Shown one piece after another: positions 22,355 to 31,063 of a stretch of 64,000 nucleotides of DNA. The stretch's first letter is position 1, and each line of letters opens with the position of its first letter. The notes under the pieces were generated by a model. The model was not told where the DNA came from. It ran no database searches and saw only the letters and a program-made list of their open reading frames with translations. The position numbers and the translations under genes were made by a program. Origin of the DNA: Alphaproteobacteria bacterium (GTDB taxonomy: Bacteria; Pseudomonadota; Alphaproteobacteria; UBA828); assembly GCA_965221125.1 (NCBI GenBank), contig CBDCRW010000006.1:32001-96000 (forward strand). Direction: 5' to 3'.

Positions 22355-23683
22355 ATGAACAGCTCAGACGACGACCTTCGCCAACAGATCGCGCTCTTCC
22401 GATACGACGTCATCGCCGATCTGGTGCATCTGCCCGTGGGTGCACCGGGTGCCGGCGCGATGATGCGCGCCAAAGCCGAGAAGACCTACACGATCCCCGG
22501 AACCACCAGGACCCGGGTCGCCGCCGAGACCATGCGGCGCTGGATCAAGGACTACCGCTACGGCGGCTTCGACGCGCTCTACCCCAAGCCCCGCACCGAC
22601 CGGGGGAAGCCCCGGCGGCTGCCGCCCGAGGTCGCCGAGCGCCTCATCGCGCTGAAGACCGAGAACGACGCATTGTCGGTTCGCGCCATCATCCAGAAGG
22701 TCAAGGAGGAGGGTATCGACCACCCGCTCGCCTCGTCCACCGTGCACCGCCTCTTCAGCCGCGAGGGCCTGTTCGACAAGAAGCCGCCCGACGGGGCGGA
22801 TCGCCGCCGCTTCGCCTTCCGGCATGCCGGCGAGATGTGGATGAGCGACGTCATGCACGGACCCAAGGTCCGGCACGGCCGAACCCGGCGCAAGACCTAC
22901 CTGATCGCCTTCATCGACGACGCCACCCGCGTCATCCCGTTCGCCGCCTTCGCCATGGCGGAGAACACTGCGGCGTTCCTGCCGGTGTTCAAGGACGCGC
23001 TGATCCGGCGCGGCCTCCCGGCCCGCTTGTACGTCGACAACGGAAGCGCCTACCGCTCCCGTCATCTCTCCCTGGTCTGCGCCAGGCTCGGCGTTGCGTT
23101 GATTCACGCAAGGGCGTTCCAGCCAGCGGGAAAGGGTAAGATCGAGCGCTTCTTCCGCACCCTCCGGGCCGGCTGGCTCCGCCACCTCGGCGATGACGTC
23201 GACAGCCTGGAGGCGCTCAACCGCAGCCTCTGGGCCTGGATCGAGGGGGAGTATCACAACAGCCCGCATCGTGGCCTCGACGAGGGGCGCACCCCGCTTG
23301 AGCAGTGGGCGCTGGCCTCGGCCGGCGTGCGCTATCCCGACGCCACCATGGACCTCGACGATCTGTTCCTCTTCGAGGCCAGGCGCCGTGTCTACAAGGA
23401 CCGCACCGTTAGTCTGAACGGCCGCGTCTACGAGGTCGACGCCCTCCTGGTGGGTCAGAACGTCATCCTGCGCTACGACCCGGCCGCGCCGCCCTCGCGC
23501 CCTCTCGACGTGGTCCATGACGGCAAGCCGGCCGGCAAGGCCAGCCCTCTCGACGCCTACGCCAATACCGCCGTCAGGCGCACCTACCCGGCCAGGGAGA
23601 TCGAGGCCGAAGATCCGGCGCCCGAGCCTCCGCCCTCGCCGCTGGCCATGCGCAACCTCAAGGACAAGAAGGAGGACGAGTGA
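22355..23683 (+). CDS. DDE integrase/transposase (rve core, Mu-type C-terminus)
   Basis: HTH region, WMSDVMHG, FIDDATR, YVDNGSAY, GKIERFF, YHNSPHRGL. Confidence 0.92.
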   Translation: MNSSDDDLRQQIALFRYDVIADLVHLPVGAPGAGAMMRAKAEKTYTIPGTTRTRVAAETMRRWIKDYRYGGFDALYPKPRTDRGKPRRLPPEVAERLIALKTENDALSVRAIIQKVKEEGIDHPLASSTVHRLFSREGLFDKKPPDGADRRRFAFRHAGEMWMSDVMHGPKVRHGRTRRKTYLIAFIDDATRVIPFAAFAMAENTAAFLPVFKDALIRRGLPARLYVDNGSAYRSRHLSLVCARLGVALIHARAFQPAGKGKIERFFRTLRAGWLRHLGDDVDSLEALNRSLWAWIEGEYHNSPHRGLDEGRTPLEQWALASAGVRYPDATMDLDDLFLFEARRRVYKDRTVSLNGRVYEVDALLVGQNVILRYDPAAPPSRPLDVVHDGKPAGKASPLDAYANTAVRRTYPAREIEAEDPAPEPPPSPLAMRNLKDKKEDE

Positions 23684-24483
23684 TGTACCTGCGCCACTTC
23701 GCCTTCACCCGCCTGCCCTTCGAGACCCCGGCAGAGACCGACGAGCTGTTCGAGTCCAACGCGCGCCGCGAGGCCGAGGCCAGGCTCGGCCACCTCATCG
23801 ACCTGCGCGGCATCGGCCTGCTCACCGGCGAGGTGGGCTCCGGCAAGACCACCGTGTGCCGGCATCTGACCGCGCAGCTTCATCCAGGCCTCTACCGGGT
23901 CCACTACGTCTCGCTGACCACGGGCAACGTGCTCGACATGTACAAGGCGATCGCGTGGGAGATCGGCCTGCCCATCGAGCGCTCCCGCGCCTCGGCCTAT
24001 CAGGCCATCCGAAACGAGATCTCCCGCCTCGTCACCGAGGCCAAGCAGCTGCCGGTCCTCGTCATCGACGAGGCCCATCATCTGCGCAACGACGTCCTTG
24101 AGGACCTGCGCCTGCTCACCAACTTCGCCATGGATGCAGAGCAGCGCCTGTGCCTCGTCCTCGTCGGTCTGACCGAGCTCAGGCGCCGCCTGGCCATGGC
24201 CATGCACGAATCCCTCAGCCAGCGCCTCGTCGTCCGCCACCACCTGAGCGGTCTCGACCGCGACGAGGTCGACGCTTACATCAAGCACCGCCTCAGGCTC
24301 GCGGGATGCGAACTGCCGCTGTTCGAAGAGCCCGCCGTCGAGGCCCTGTTCCAGGGCGCGCGCGGCCTGCCGCGCCAGATCAACCGCATCGCCCACTACG
24401 CGCTCTCCGCCGCCGCTCTCGACGAGGCGAGGACCGTCAGTGCCGACCACCTGCAGCACGCGCTCGAGGAACTGCGGCCATGA
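23680..24483 (+). CDS. ExeA-like AAA+ transposition helper ATPase
   Basis: Walker A GEVGSGKT, Walker B VIDEAH, GLPRQIN; overlaps transposase stop. Confidence 0.9.
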   Translation: MMYLRHFAFTRLPFETPAETDELFESNARREAEARLGHLIDLRGIGLLTGEVGSGKTTVCRHLTAQLHPGLYRVHYVSLTTGNVLDMYKAIAWEIGLPIERSRASAYQAIRNEISRLVTEAKQLPVLVIDEAHHLRNDVLEDLRLLTNFAMDAEQRLCLVLVGLTELRRRLAMAMHESLSQRLVVRHHLSGLDRDEVDAYIKHRLRLAGCELPLFEEPAVEALFQGARGLPRQINRIAHYALSAAALDEARTVSADHLQHALEELRP

Positions 24484-25520
24484 CCGGCTTCCCGACCCGC
24501 GCCCCGATCGAGCTGGAGGAGCGGCCGCGCGAGCAGCAATGGCTGGTGGACACGCTATGGGGCGAGCAGGCCGTCGGCATCGTCGGCGGCGAGCCGAAGT
24601 GCGGCAAGTCCATCCTGGCGCTGGACCTCGCGGTCGCAGTCGCCGCCGGCGTCCCATGCCTGCGGCACTTCGCCCCGGCCCGGCCTGGCCCGGTCCTGCT
24701 GTTCGCCGCAGAAGACGCCGGCCACCTCGTGCGCAAGCGCCTGCAGGGGATCGCCCGCGCCGCAGGCGCCCGCTTCGAGACCCTCGACATCGCCGTCATC
24801 GACGTGCCCACACTGCGCCTCGACCATCTCGACGACCGCCGCCGCCTGCAGCAGACCGTGGAGCGCATCGCACCGCGCCTCGTGGTCCTCGACCCCCTGG
24901 TCCGCCTGCACGGCGTGGACGAGAACACGGTTGCGGACGTCGCCCCGATCCTCGGCTTCCTGCGCGACCTGCAACGCCGCTTCGAGACCGCCGTCCTCCT
25001 CGTCCACCACGCCCGCAAGAGCGGGGCCACGAGGCCGGGGCAGGCCCTGCGGGGCAGCAGTGAGCTGCACGCCTGGGGGGACTCGAACCTCTACCTGCGC
25101 CGCCGGGACCGGCAGACCCTCATGACCGTCGAGCATCGCGCCGCACGCGGTCTCGACGACATCGAGATCGAGCTCAAGGAAGACGGAGAGGAGCCCTCCT
25201 TCCGGCTGCGCCAGCCGCCCACGGCCGGCGGCGGGGCGCCTCAGCCCGAAACACCCGAATGCCGCGTTCTCAAGGCGCTCGCCGACGCCGGGGCGCCGCT
25301 CTCGCAACGCCAGATCCGGGAACGCGCCGCGACCCGGCACAAGACCGTCGGCGTAATCTTGCAAAAGCTCGTCCAGGAGGGTCGCGTCGCGCGCAACGCC
25401 GAGGGCGGCTACAGCGTCGTCGCAGGCGCAGCGGACAAGCGGGCGGCGGCCGCCGCCGCCAACGGCAGCAGTCGGCCGCAGGCCCCGCGGTTCCCGGAGC
25501 CCGGTTCCGCCAACGCCTAG
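24480..25520 (+). CDS. RecA-fold AAA_25 (RepA helicase-like) ATPase with C-terminal HTH-like region
   Basis: GGEPKCGKS, FAAED, LVVLDPL, LVHHARK, LRGSS; ATGA overlap with ExeA gene. Confidence 0.82.
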   Translation: MTGFPTRAPIELEERPREQQWLVDTLWGEQAVGIVGGEPKCGKSILALDLAVAVAAGVPCLRHFAPARPGPVLLFAAEDAGHLVRKRLQGIARAAGARFETLDIAVIDVPTLRLDHLDDRRRLQQTVERIAPRLVVLDPLVRLHGVDENTVADVAPILGFLRDLQRRFETAVLLVHHARKSGATRPGQALRGSSELHAWGDSNLYLRRRDRQTLMTVEHRAARGLDDIEIELKEDGEEPSFRLRQPPTAGGGAPQPETPECRVLKALADAGAPLSQRQIRERAATRHKTVGVILQKLVQEGRVARNAEGGYSVVAGAADKRAAAAAANGSSRPQAPRFPEPGSANA

Positions 25521-25925
25521 GGGTTCGAGCCGGAACCGCCGTCGGGAACCACCCTTCCCCAACGGTCCGGAAGGCGCTGCGCCTCCACCGGGATACTACG
25601 TCAGGTGAGCGGCCAGTCCGTGGCCGGAAGCTTGCTTCAGGCCATGGCAGCACTTCGTCGTGTGGACGGTGGCGAGTCACCCGAAGGGCCGAAGCGAAGC
25701 GCAGGAGCGGCGCAGCCGCTTGACGCGCCGACGGCCGCGCGACACCTCGTCAGCTCTCCTCAAGCACCAGTCCAAACCTCAATCAGACAGCGACCCCGGA
25801 CCGCCCGCAGAGACCATGAGCTCCTACGCTTCGATCCGGAAAAGACCGAGCAATCTGGGAAATCAGGGCAGCGATCACGTCAAATAATCTGGGAGATTCG
25901 GCGTCAAATAACGTGCGAAACAACA

Positions 25926-26801
25926 AGTGCCGCCGATGCCGCAGAGGCGGTCGGCGTGCCGCGCGCCACCCTCTATCGCTGGGCGAAGCGCCCGGAGCCC
26001 GGCTCGCGCCGGCCCCACCGGCTGCGCCGGCCGACCTGGTCGCCGGCGCTGGTGGAGGCGGTCGAGGCCATGCGCCGCGACTATCCGATGTGGGGCAAGG
26101 CCAAGCTGGTCGTCCTGTTGCGCCGCGAGGGCTGGGTCGTCTCGGAGAGCACCGTAGGCCGCATCCTGGCGATGCTGGTCGCCCGAGGCCGGGTCGTGCC
26201 CGTGCCCACCCTGCGCCGCCGCCGCCATGGCGTCCGCCGCAAGCGGCCCCACGCCAGGCGCCTGCCCAAGGGCCTGAGGCCGAGCCGGCCCGGCGAGATC
26301 GTCCAGCTCGACACGCTCAGCGTCTCTCTCGGCGCAGAGCGGCGCACACTCAAGCAGTTCACCGCCTGCGATCCGCTCGCCAAGTGGACCTGCGCCCAAG
26401 CCTTCCGACGCGCCAGCGCGCACAACGCCAAGAACTTCCTCGACAAGCTCCAGGCCGACATGCCCTTCCCCATCCAGGCCATCCAGGTCGATGGCGGATC
26501 GGAGTTCAAGGCCGACTTCGAGGCCGAATGCGCGCGGCGCGGCATCGCCCTCTACGAGCTGCCGCCCCGCACGCCCGAACTCAACGGCCATGTCGAGCGC
26601 AACAACGGCGCCTGGCGCTACGAGTTCTACGCTACCTGGGAGCTGCCCAGCGACAGCCTCAAGGACATCAACCGATGGATCGACGCCTTCGCCGACGAGT
26701 TCAACAGCTTCAGGCCACACCACGCCCTTGGCGGACAAACACCAGCCGAATACCTTGCTCAGATCACAGCCAACGAAACCCAGCCGTCTCATAAGCCCTG
26801 A
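25926..26801 (+). pseudogene. 3' fragment of interrupted IS481-like transposase (integrase core)
   Basis: VGVPRATLYRW, VQLDT, IQVDGGSEF, NGHVER, RPHHALGGQTP. Confidence 0.85.
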
Positions 26802-26815
26802 ACTAGGACACGCCA

Positions 26816-26844
26816 TTGTATCGGCCGGCTCGGCACACTATGAT
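26816..26844 (+). promoter_or_regulatory. Putative sigma70 promoter of rne
   Basis: TTGTAT-N17-TATGAT about 320 nt upstream of the rne ATG. Confidence 0.55.
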
Positions 26845-27164
26845 ACAGGTGCGAACCGGAAATGGACGGACCGCGTCGCACCGCGCACTCGATGATGGCG
26901 AGGGCGGCGGCCTCCCGGCAAGAATTGCCCGGCGGCAGCGGTTGCGTCCAGTGATTCCACACCTCGAAACCACGGAACGAGTCCGATGCGGCAGCCGCCA
27001 CCCATCGAGCCGACCGACCCCGCCGTGACGCGGCCCGTCGCGAGACGGGATCGCCACGCGCCGGCCGGCGGCCGCTTCTCGGCGCGGCGCCGCATCGCGT
27101 TCCCGCGGACGCGCTTACCGGAGGCGAAGCCCTCCGCGCGCTCCCGGACGGAGAATATTCAGGA

Positions 27165-29786
27165 ATGGCCAAACGTATGCTCATCGATGCCAGCCACGCG
27201 GAAGAGACCCGCGTGGTCGTGGCGGACGGAACGCGACTAGAAGAGTTCGACTTCGAATCGGCTGCGCGGAAGCAGCTCAAGGGAAATGTCTATCTGGCCA
27301 AGGTGATGCGCGTGGAGCCCTCGCTCCAGGCGGCGTTCGTCGACTATGGCGGCAATCGCCACGGCTTCCTTCCCTTCAACGAGATCCATCCCGACTACTA
27401 CCAGATCCCGGTCGCGGACCGGGAGGCGCTCTACGCCGAGCAGGCGGAGGCGGACGAGACCGACGAGCCGGCCCTGGCCCAGACGGCCGTACCGGCGGAG
27501 AACGGCTCAGGCGACGAGGCGCCGCCCGATGGCGACGTCCAACCGGACGGGGCGGAGGCTCCGCACTCTGCCGAGGCGGCAAACGACGCCGGGAGCGGCG
27601 GCAGCGGCGACGACGGTGCGGCCGAGGCCGGCGCTGCCGAGCCCGGCAGTACCGGCGAGGGCGACAGCGCTGCCAACGGCGACGGCGGCGATGTGGAGGT
27701 CATGGGCGGCGACGAGATGGACGACCTGGAACGCCGCCGGCTCCAGGCCAGCCGCTCGCTGCTCAGCCGCCGCTATCGCATTCAGGAAGTGATCAGGAAG
27801 CGCCAGATCCTTCTGGTGCAGGTGGTCAAGGAGGAGCGCGGCAACAAGGGCGCGGCGCTCACCACCTACCTCTCCCTCGCCGGGCGCTACATCGTGCTCA
27901 TGCCCAACGCGATCCGGGGCGGGGGCATCTCGCGCAAGATCGTCAACGCCGACGACCGCCGGCGCCTCAAGAAGATCATGAACGACCTCGATATCCCGGC
28001 GCGCATGGCGGTCATCGTGCGCACGGCGGGGCTGTCGCGGTCCAAGACCGAGATCAGGCGCGACCTGGAATACCTGGTGCGCCGCTGGCAGAACATCCGC
28101 GACCTCACGATGGAATCGATGGCGCCCTGCGTGATCAACGAGGAGGCCAACCTGATCCGCCGCTCGATCCGCGATCTCTACACGCGCGACATCGAGCAGA
28201 TCCTGATCGAGGGCGACGAGGGCTACAAGACCGCCAAGGGCTTCATGAAGACCATGATCCCGAGCCACGCCGCGCGGGTAAGACCCTATCGGGACCGGAT
28301 TCCGCTCTTCGTCCGCTACCAGATCGAGAGCCAGCTCGATTCCATGTACGGGCCGGAGCTGCAGCTCAAGTCGGGCGGCTACCTGGTCATCAACCCGACC
28401 GAGGCGCTGGTCGCGATCGACGTGAACTCGGGCCGGGCGACCAAGGAGCGCACGATCGAGGAAACCGCGCTCAGGACCAACCTGGAGGCGGCGGAGGAGA
28501 TCGCGCGTCAGCTTCGGCTGCGCGACCTCGCCGGGCTGATCGTCATCGACTTCATCGACATGGACGAGAACCGCAACCAGCGGGCGGTGGAGCGCAAGCT
28601 CAAGGAGGCGATGCGGGTCGACCGCGCGCGCATCCGCATGGGCCGGATCAGCCCCTTCGGGCTGATGGAGCTCTCGCGCCAGCGGCTGCGCCCGAGCCTG
28701 GTGGAAGCCAGCATGGAGCGGTGTACGAGCTGCGGCGGCACCGGCGTCCGGCGCTCGGTGGAATCGTCGGCGGTCCACGCGCTCCGCGCCATCGAGGAAG
28801 AAGGGCTGCAGGGGCGGAGCGCCGAGATCCTGCTGCGTGTGCCGGCGGCGGTCGGCCTCTACATCCTCAACCGCAAGCGCCGCATGCTGGAGGACATCGA
28901 GCAGCGCTACGAGTTCGCCGTGAGCTTCGAGCAGGACGACAGCCTCGTGCCGCCGAGCTACGCGATCGAGCGCATCGCGGCGCGGACCGCGCCGGTCGAG
29001 GAGGCGGCCGAGGAGGACGCGGTCGAGGCGGCACCGGCCGAGCCCGAGACCAAGGCGGAGGCTGCGGAACCGGCCAAGAGGCGCAGGCGCAGGCGGCGCA
29101 AGCCGCGCGCCGAGGCGACGGAGGCAGCCGAGGCCGGCGCCGCTGCCGCCGAGCCGAAGCAGGCTCAGGCGGAAAGTCAGGCGGAAGAGGAGCCGGAAGA
29201 CGCAGCCGCCGCAGGGGACGGCAAGGCCGAAGAGGCCCCCCGCGCCAAGCGCCGCCGCCGCGGCCGGCGGGGCGGTCGCGGCCGCGCCTCGAAGCAGCAG
29301 GAGCAGCAGGAGACGCCGCGCGAGAGCCCGGCCGAGGGCGCTGCAGAGGAGGCGCCGCCTGCCCCGCTCGCGGCTGCGGAAGACGAGCTGCCGGCGCCCG
29401 AGAGCGAGCCCCCGGCGAGCGCTGCAGAGCCCGATGCCGACGGCGCGGCCGACCCCGCAGACGGTGCGATCCCGCCGGCGGAGGAAGCGGCCGAGCCCGC
29501 TCCGGTCGAGGCGGACGTCCTGCCCGGCCCGATGCCTGCGCCCGAATTAGTGGTCACCCCGGAGGCGGATGCCGACGACGGTGCGGAGGCGCGCGGCGAG
29601 CCTGCAGAGGCGCTACCCGCCGAGGTGGCGGTCCCGGCCGCTCCGGTGAGCGCGGAGCAGGACGACGTTACGCCGGCCGGCGGCGACCAAGAGGCGCATG
29701 GCGAGGAGACCGCGCCGGCGGCGCTGCCGGACGACAGGCCGCGCCGGCGCGGCTGGTGGCAGCGGATCGCCTCGACGTCGCGCTAA
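27165..29786 (+). CDS. rne: Ribonuclease E (Rne/Rng family)
   Basis: MLIDASHAEETRV, SLQAAFVDYG, DVNSG, IDFIDM, CxxC Zn link, acidic S1 insert, disordered C-terminus ending RRGWWQR. Confidence 0.96.
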   Translation: MAKRMLIDASHAEETRVVVADGTRLEEFDFESAARKQLKGNVYLAKVMRVEPSLQAAFVDYGGNRHGFLPFNEIHPDYYQIPVADREALYAEQAEADETDEPALAQTAVPAENGSGDEAPPDGDVQPDGAEAPHSAEAANDAGSGGSGDDGAAEAGAAEPGSTGEGDSAANGDGGDVEVMGGDEMDDLERRRLQASRSLLSRRYRIQEVIRKRQILLVQVVKEERGNKGAALTTYLSLAGRYIVLMPNAIRGGGISRKIVNADDRRRLKKIMNDLDIPARMAVIVRTAGLSRSKTEIRRDLEYLVRRWQNIRDLTMESMAPCVINEEANLIRRSIRDLYTRDIEQILIEGDEGYKTAKGFMKTMIPSHAARVRPYRDRIPLFVRYQIESQLDSMYGPELQLKSGGYLVINPTEALVAIDVNSGRATKERTIEETALRTNLEAAEEIARQLRLRDLAGLIVIDFIDMDENRNQRAVERKLKEAMRVDRARIRMGRISPFGLMELSRQRLRPSLVEASMERCTSCGGTGVRRSVESSAVHALRAIEEEGLQGRSAEILLRVPAAVGLYILNRKRRMLEDIEQRYEFAVSFEQDDSLVPPSYAIERIAARTAPVEEAAEEDAVEAAPAEPETKAEAAEPAKRRRRRRRKPRAEATEAAEAGAAAAEPKQAQAESQAEEEPEDAAAAGDGKAEEAPRAKRRRRGRRGGRGRASKQQEQQETPRESPAEGAAEEAPPAPLAAAEDELPAPESEPPASAAEPDADGAADPADGAIPPAEEAAEPAPVEADVLPGPMPAPELVVTPEADADDGAEARGEPAEALPAEVAVPAAPVSAEQDDVTPAGGDQEAHGEETAPAALPDDRPRRRGWWQRIASTSR

Positions 29787-29805
29787 CGGGTCAGATTCAG
29801 GCGGC

Positions 29806-30948
29806 CTACCTGAGCCAGCGCTGGAGGGCGGCGCAGGCGCCTTCCACCTCTTCCGTGGCGCCCGCGTAGGAGAAGCGGACGAAGGCGCGGCCACGCTCGG
29901 TGTCGAAATCGATGCCGGGCGTCGCCGCGACCCCGCACTCGGCCAGCATGCGCTGGCAGAAGGCCTCACTGTCGTCGGTCAGGCCGGAGACGTCGGCATA
30001 GGCGTAGAAGGCGCCGTCGCAGGGCGCGAGCGCGCCGAAGCCGGCAGCCGGAAACGCCTGCTGGACGATGCTGCGGTTGCGGGCGTAGCGCGCCACGTTG
30101 GCCTCCAGCTCGTCCCGGCAATCGAACGCGACGAGCGCGGCCCGCTGCGAGAGCGCGGGCGGCGAGATGAAGAGGTTCTGCGTGAGCCGCTCCACCGCCC
30201 GCGCGAGGTCCTCGGGCACGAGCATCCAGCCGAGCCGCCAGCCGGTCATCGCGAAATACTTCGAGAAGCCGTTGATCACGACCGCGCTGCGCGAGAAAGC
30301 GGCGGCGCTGGCTGCAGGCTCGCCGTAGGTGATGCCGTGGTAGATCTCGTCCGAGACCACGCGGATTCCCCGTTGCTCGCAGTGGGCCGCCAGCGCCGCC
30401 AGCATGCGGCGCGACAGCATGGTCCCGGTCGGGTTGGAAGGGCTGGCTATGATCAGGCCTTGGATCGGCTGCTCCAGCGCCTCAAGCATGGCTACCGTCG
30501 GCTGAAAGCGGGTCTCCGCCGTGGTCGGCAGCGGCACCGGCTCGAGCCCGAGCGCCTGCAGCGTGTTGCGGTAGGCCGGATAGCCGGGGTTGGCGAGCGC
30601 GATGCGATCGCCCACGTCGAAGGCGGCGAGGAAGGCGAGAATGAGCCCGGCCGAGCCCCCGGTGGTGACGACGATGCGGTCCGCAGACGGGGCGAAGCCG
30701 TAGCGTTCGTCATAGAGGGCGGCGATGCGCTGGCGGAGCAGCAGCACGCCGTGGGCCTCGGTGTAGCCGATCTTCTCGGCCCCGAGCGCGGCCCGTGCTG
30801 CGTCGAGGACGGGCTTGGGCGCGCCCGAGCCGGGCTCGCCGGTTTCCATGTGAAAGACCCGCGCGCCCTCGGCCGCGCGTTCCGTCGCGGCCTTGAGGAT
30901 TTCCATCGCGAAGAAGGGCGCGACCTCCGCGCGCCGGGATGCACCCAT
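29806..30948 (-). CDS. PLP-dependent aminotransferase class I/II
   Basis: SPSNPTG, SDEIYHG, GFSKYFAMTGWRLGW. Confidence 0.92.
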   Translation of the reverse strand: MGASRRAEVAPFFAMEILKAATERAAEGARVFHMETGEPGSGAPKPVLDAARAALGAEKIGYTEAHGVLLLRQRIAALYDERYGFAPSADRIVVTTGGSAGLILAFLAAFDVGDRIALANPGYPAYRNTLQALGLEPVPLPTTAETRFQPTVAMLEALEQPIQGLIIASPSNPTGTMLSRRMLAALAAHCEQRGIRVVSDEIYHGITYGEPAASAAAFSRSAVVINGFSKYFAMTGWRLGWMLVPEDLARAVERLTQNLFISPPALSQRAALVAFDCRDELEANVARYARNRSIVQQAFPAAGFGALAPCDGAFYAYADVSGLTDDSEAFCQRMLAECGVAATPGIDFDTERGRAFVRFSYAGATEEVEGACAALQRWLR

Positions 30949-31063
30949 TGCCGGGTCCTAGAGCGCAGGCAGCGGCGCAGTCGCCACGAATACGTGAAGG
31001 GCCGTGCATTGACGCAAGCGCGCGAGCGGCATATCCAGACGCGAACCCCTTGGACTGTGAGCG

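Larger units (their letters stand above)
21305..25925 (+). mobile_element. 4.6 kb DDE + ATPase transposon (Mu/Tn7/IS21-like ends)
   Basis: Ends TGTTGTTTT.. and ..GAAACAACA; 5 bp duplication AGTGC at 21300-21304 and 25926-25930; reiterated CGTCAAATAA and AATCTGGGA near the right end. Confidence 0.88.
18958..26810 (+). mobile_element. IS481-like insertion sequence (host of two nested insertions)
   Basis: Left end TGACCGAGTTCAGAGAGATATGAGACGG vs right end rc TGTCCTAGTTCAGGGCTTATGAGACGG; 5 bp duplication CGCCA at 18953-18957 and 26811-26815. Confidence 0.85.

Noticed and set aside
23680-24483. Type II secretion ExeA/GspA
   Set aside because: No secretion genes nearby; coupled to a transposase inside transposon ends.
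25605-25925. N-terminal 107 codons of ORF 25605..26801
   Set aside because: Read-in from the inserted transposon's right end; the real N-terminus is at 21156-21304.
21305-25925. CRISPR-associated or Tn7 proper transposon
   Set aside because: No TnsA, TniQ/TnsD, Cas gene or repeat-spacer array seen.
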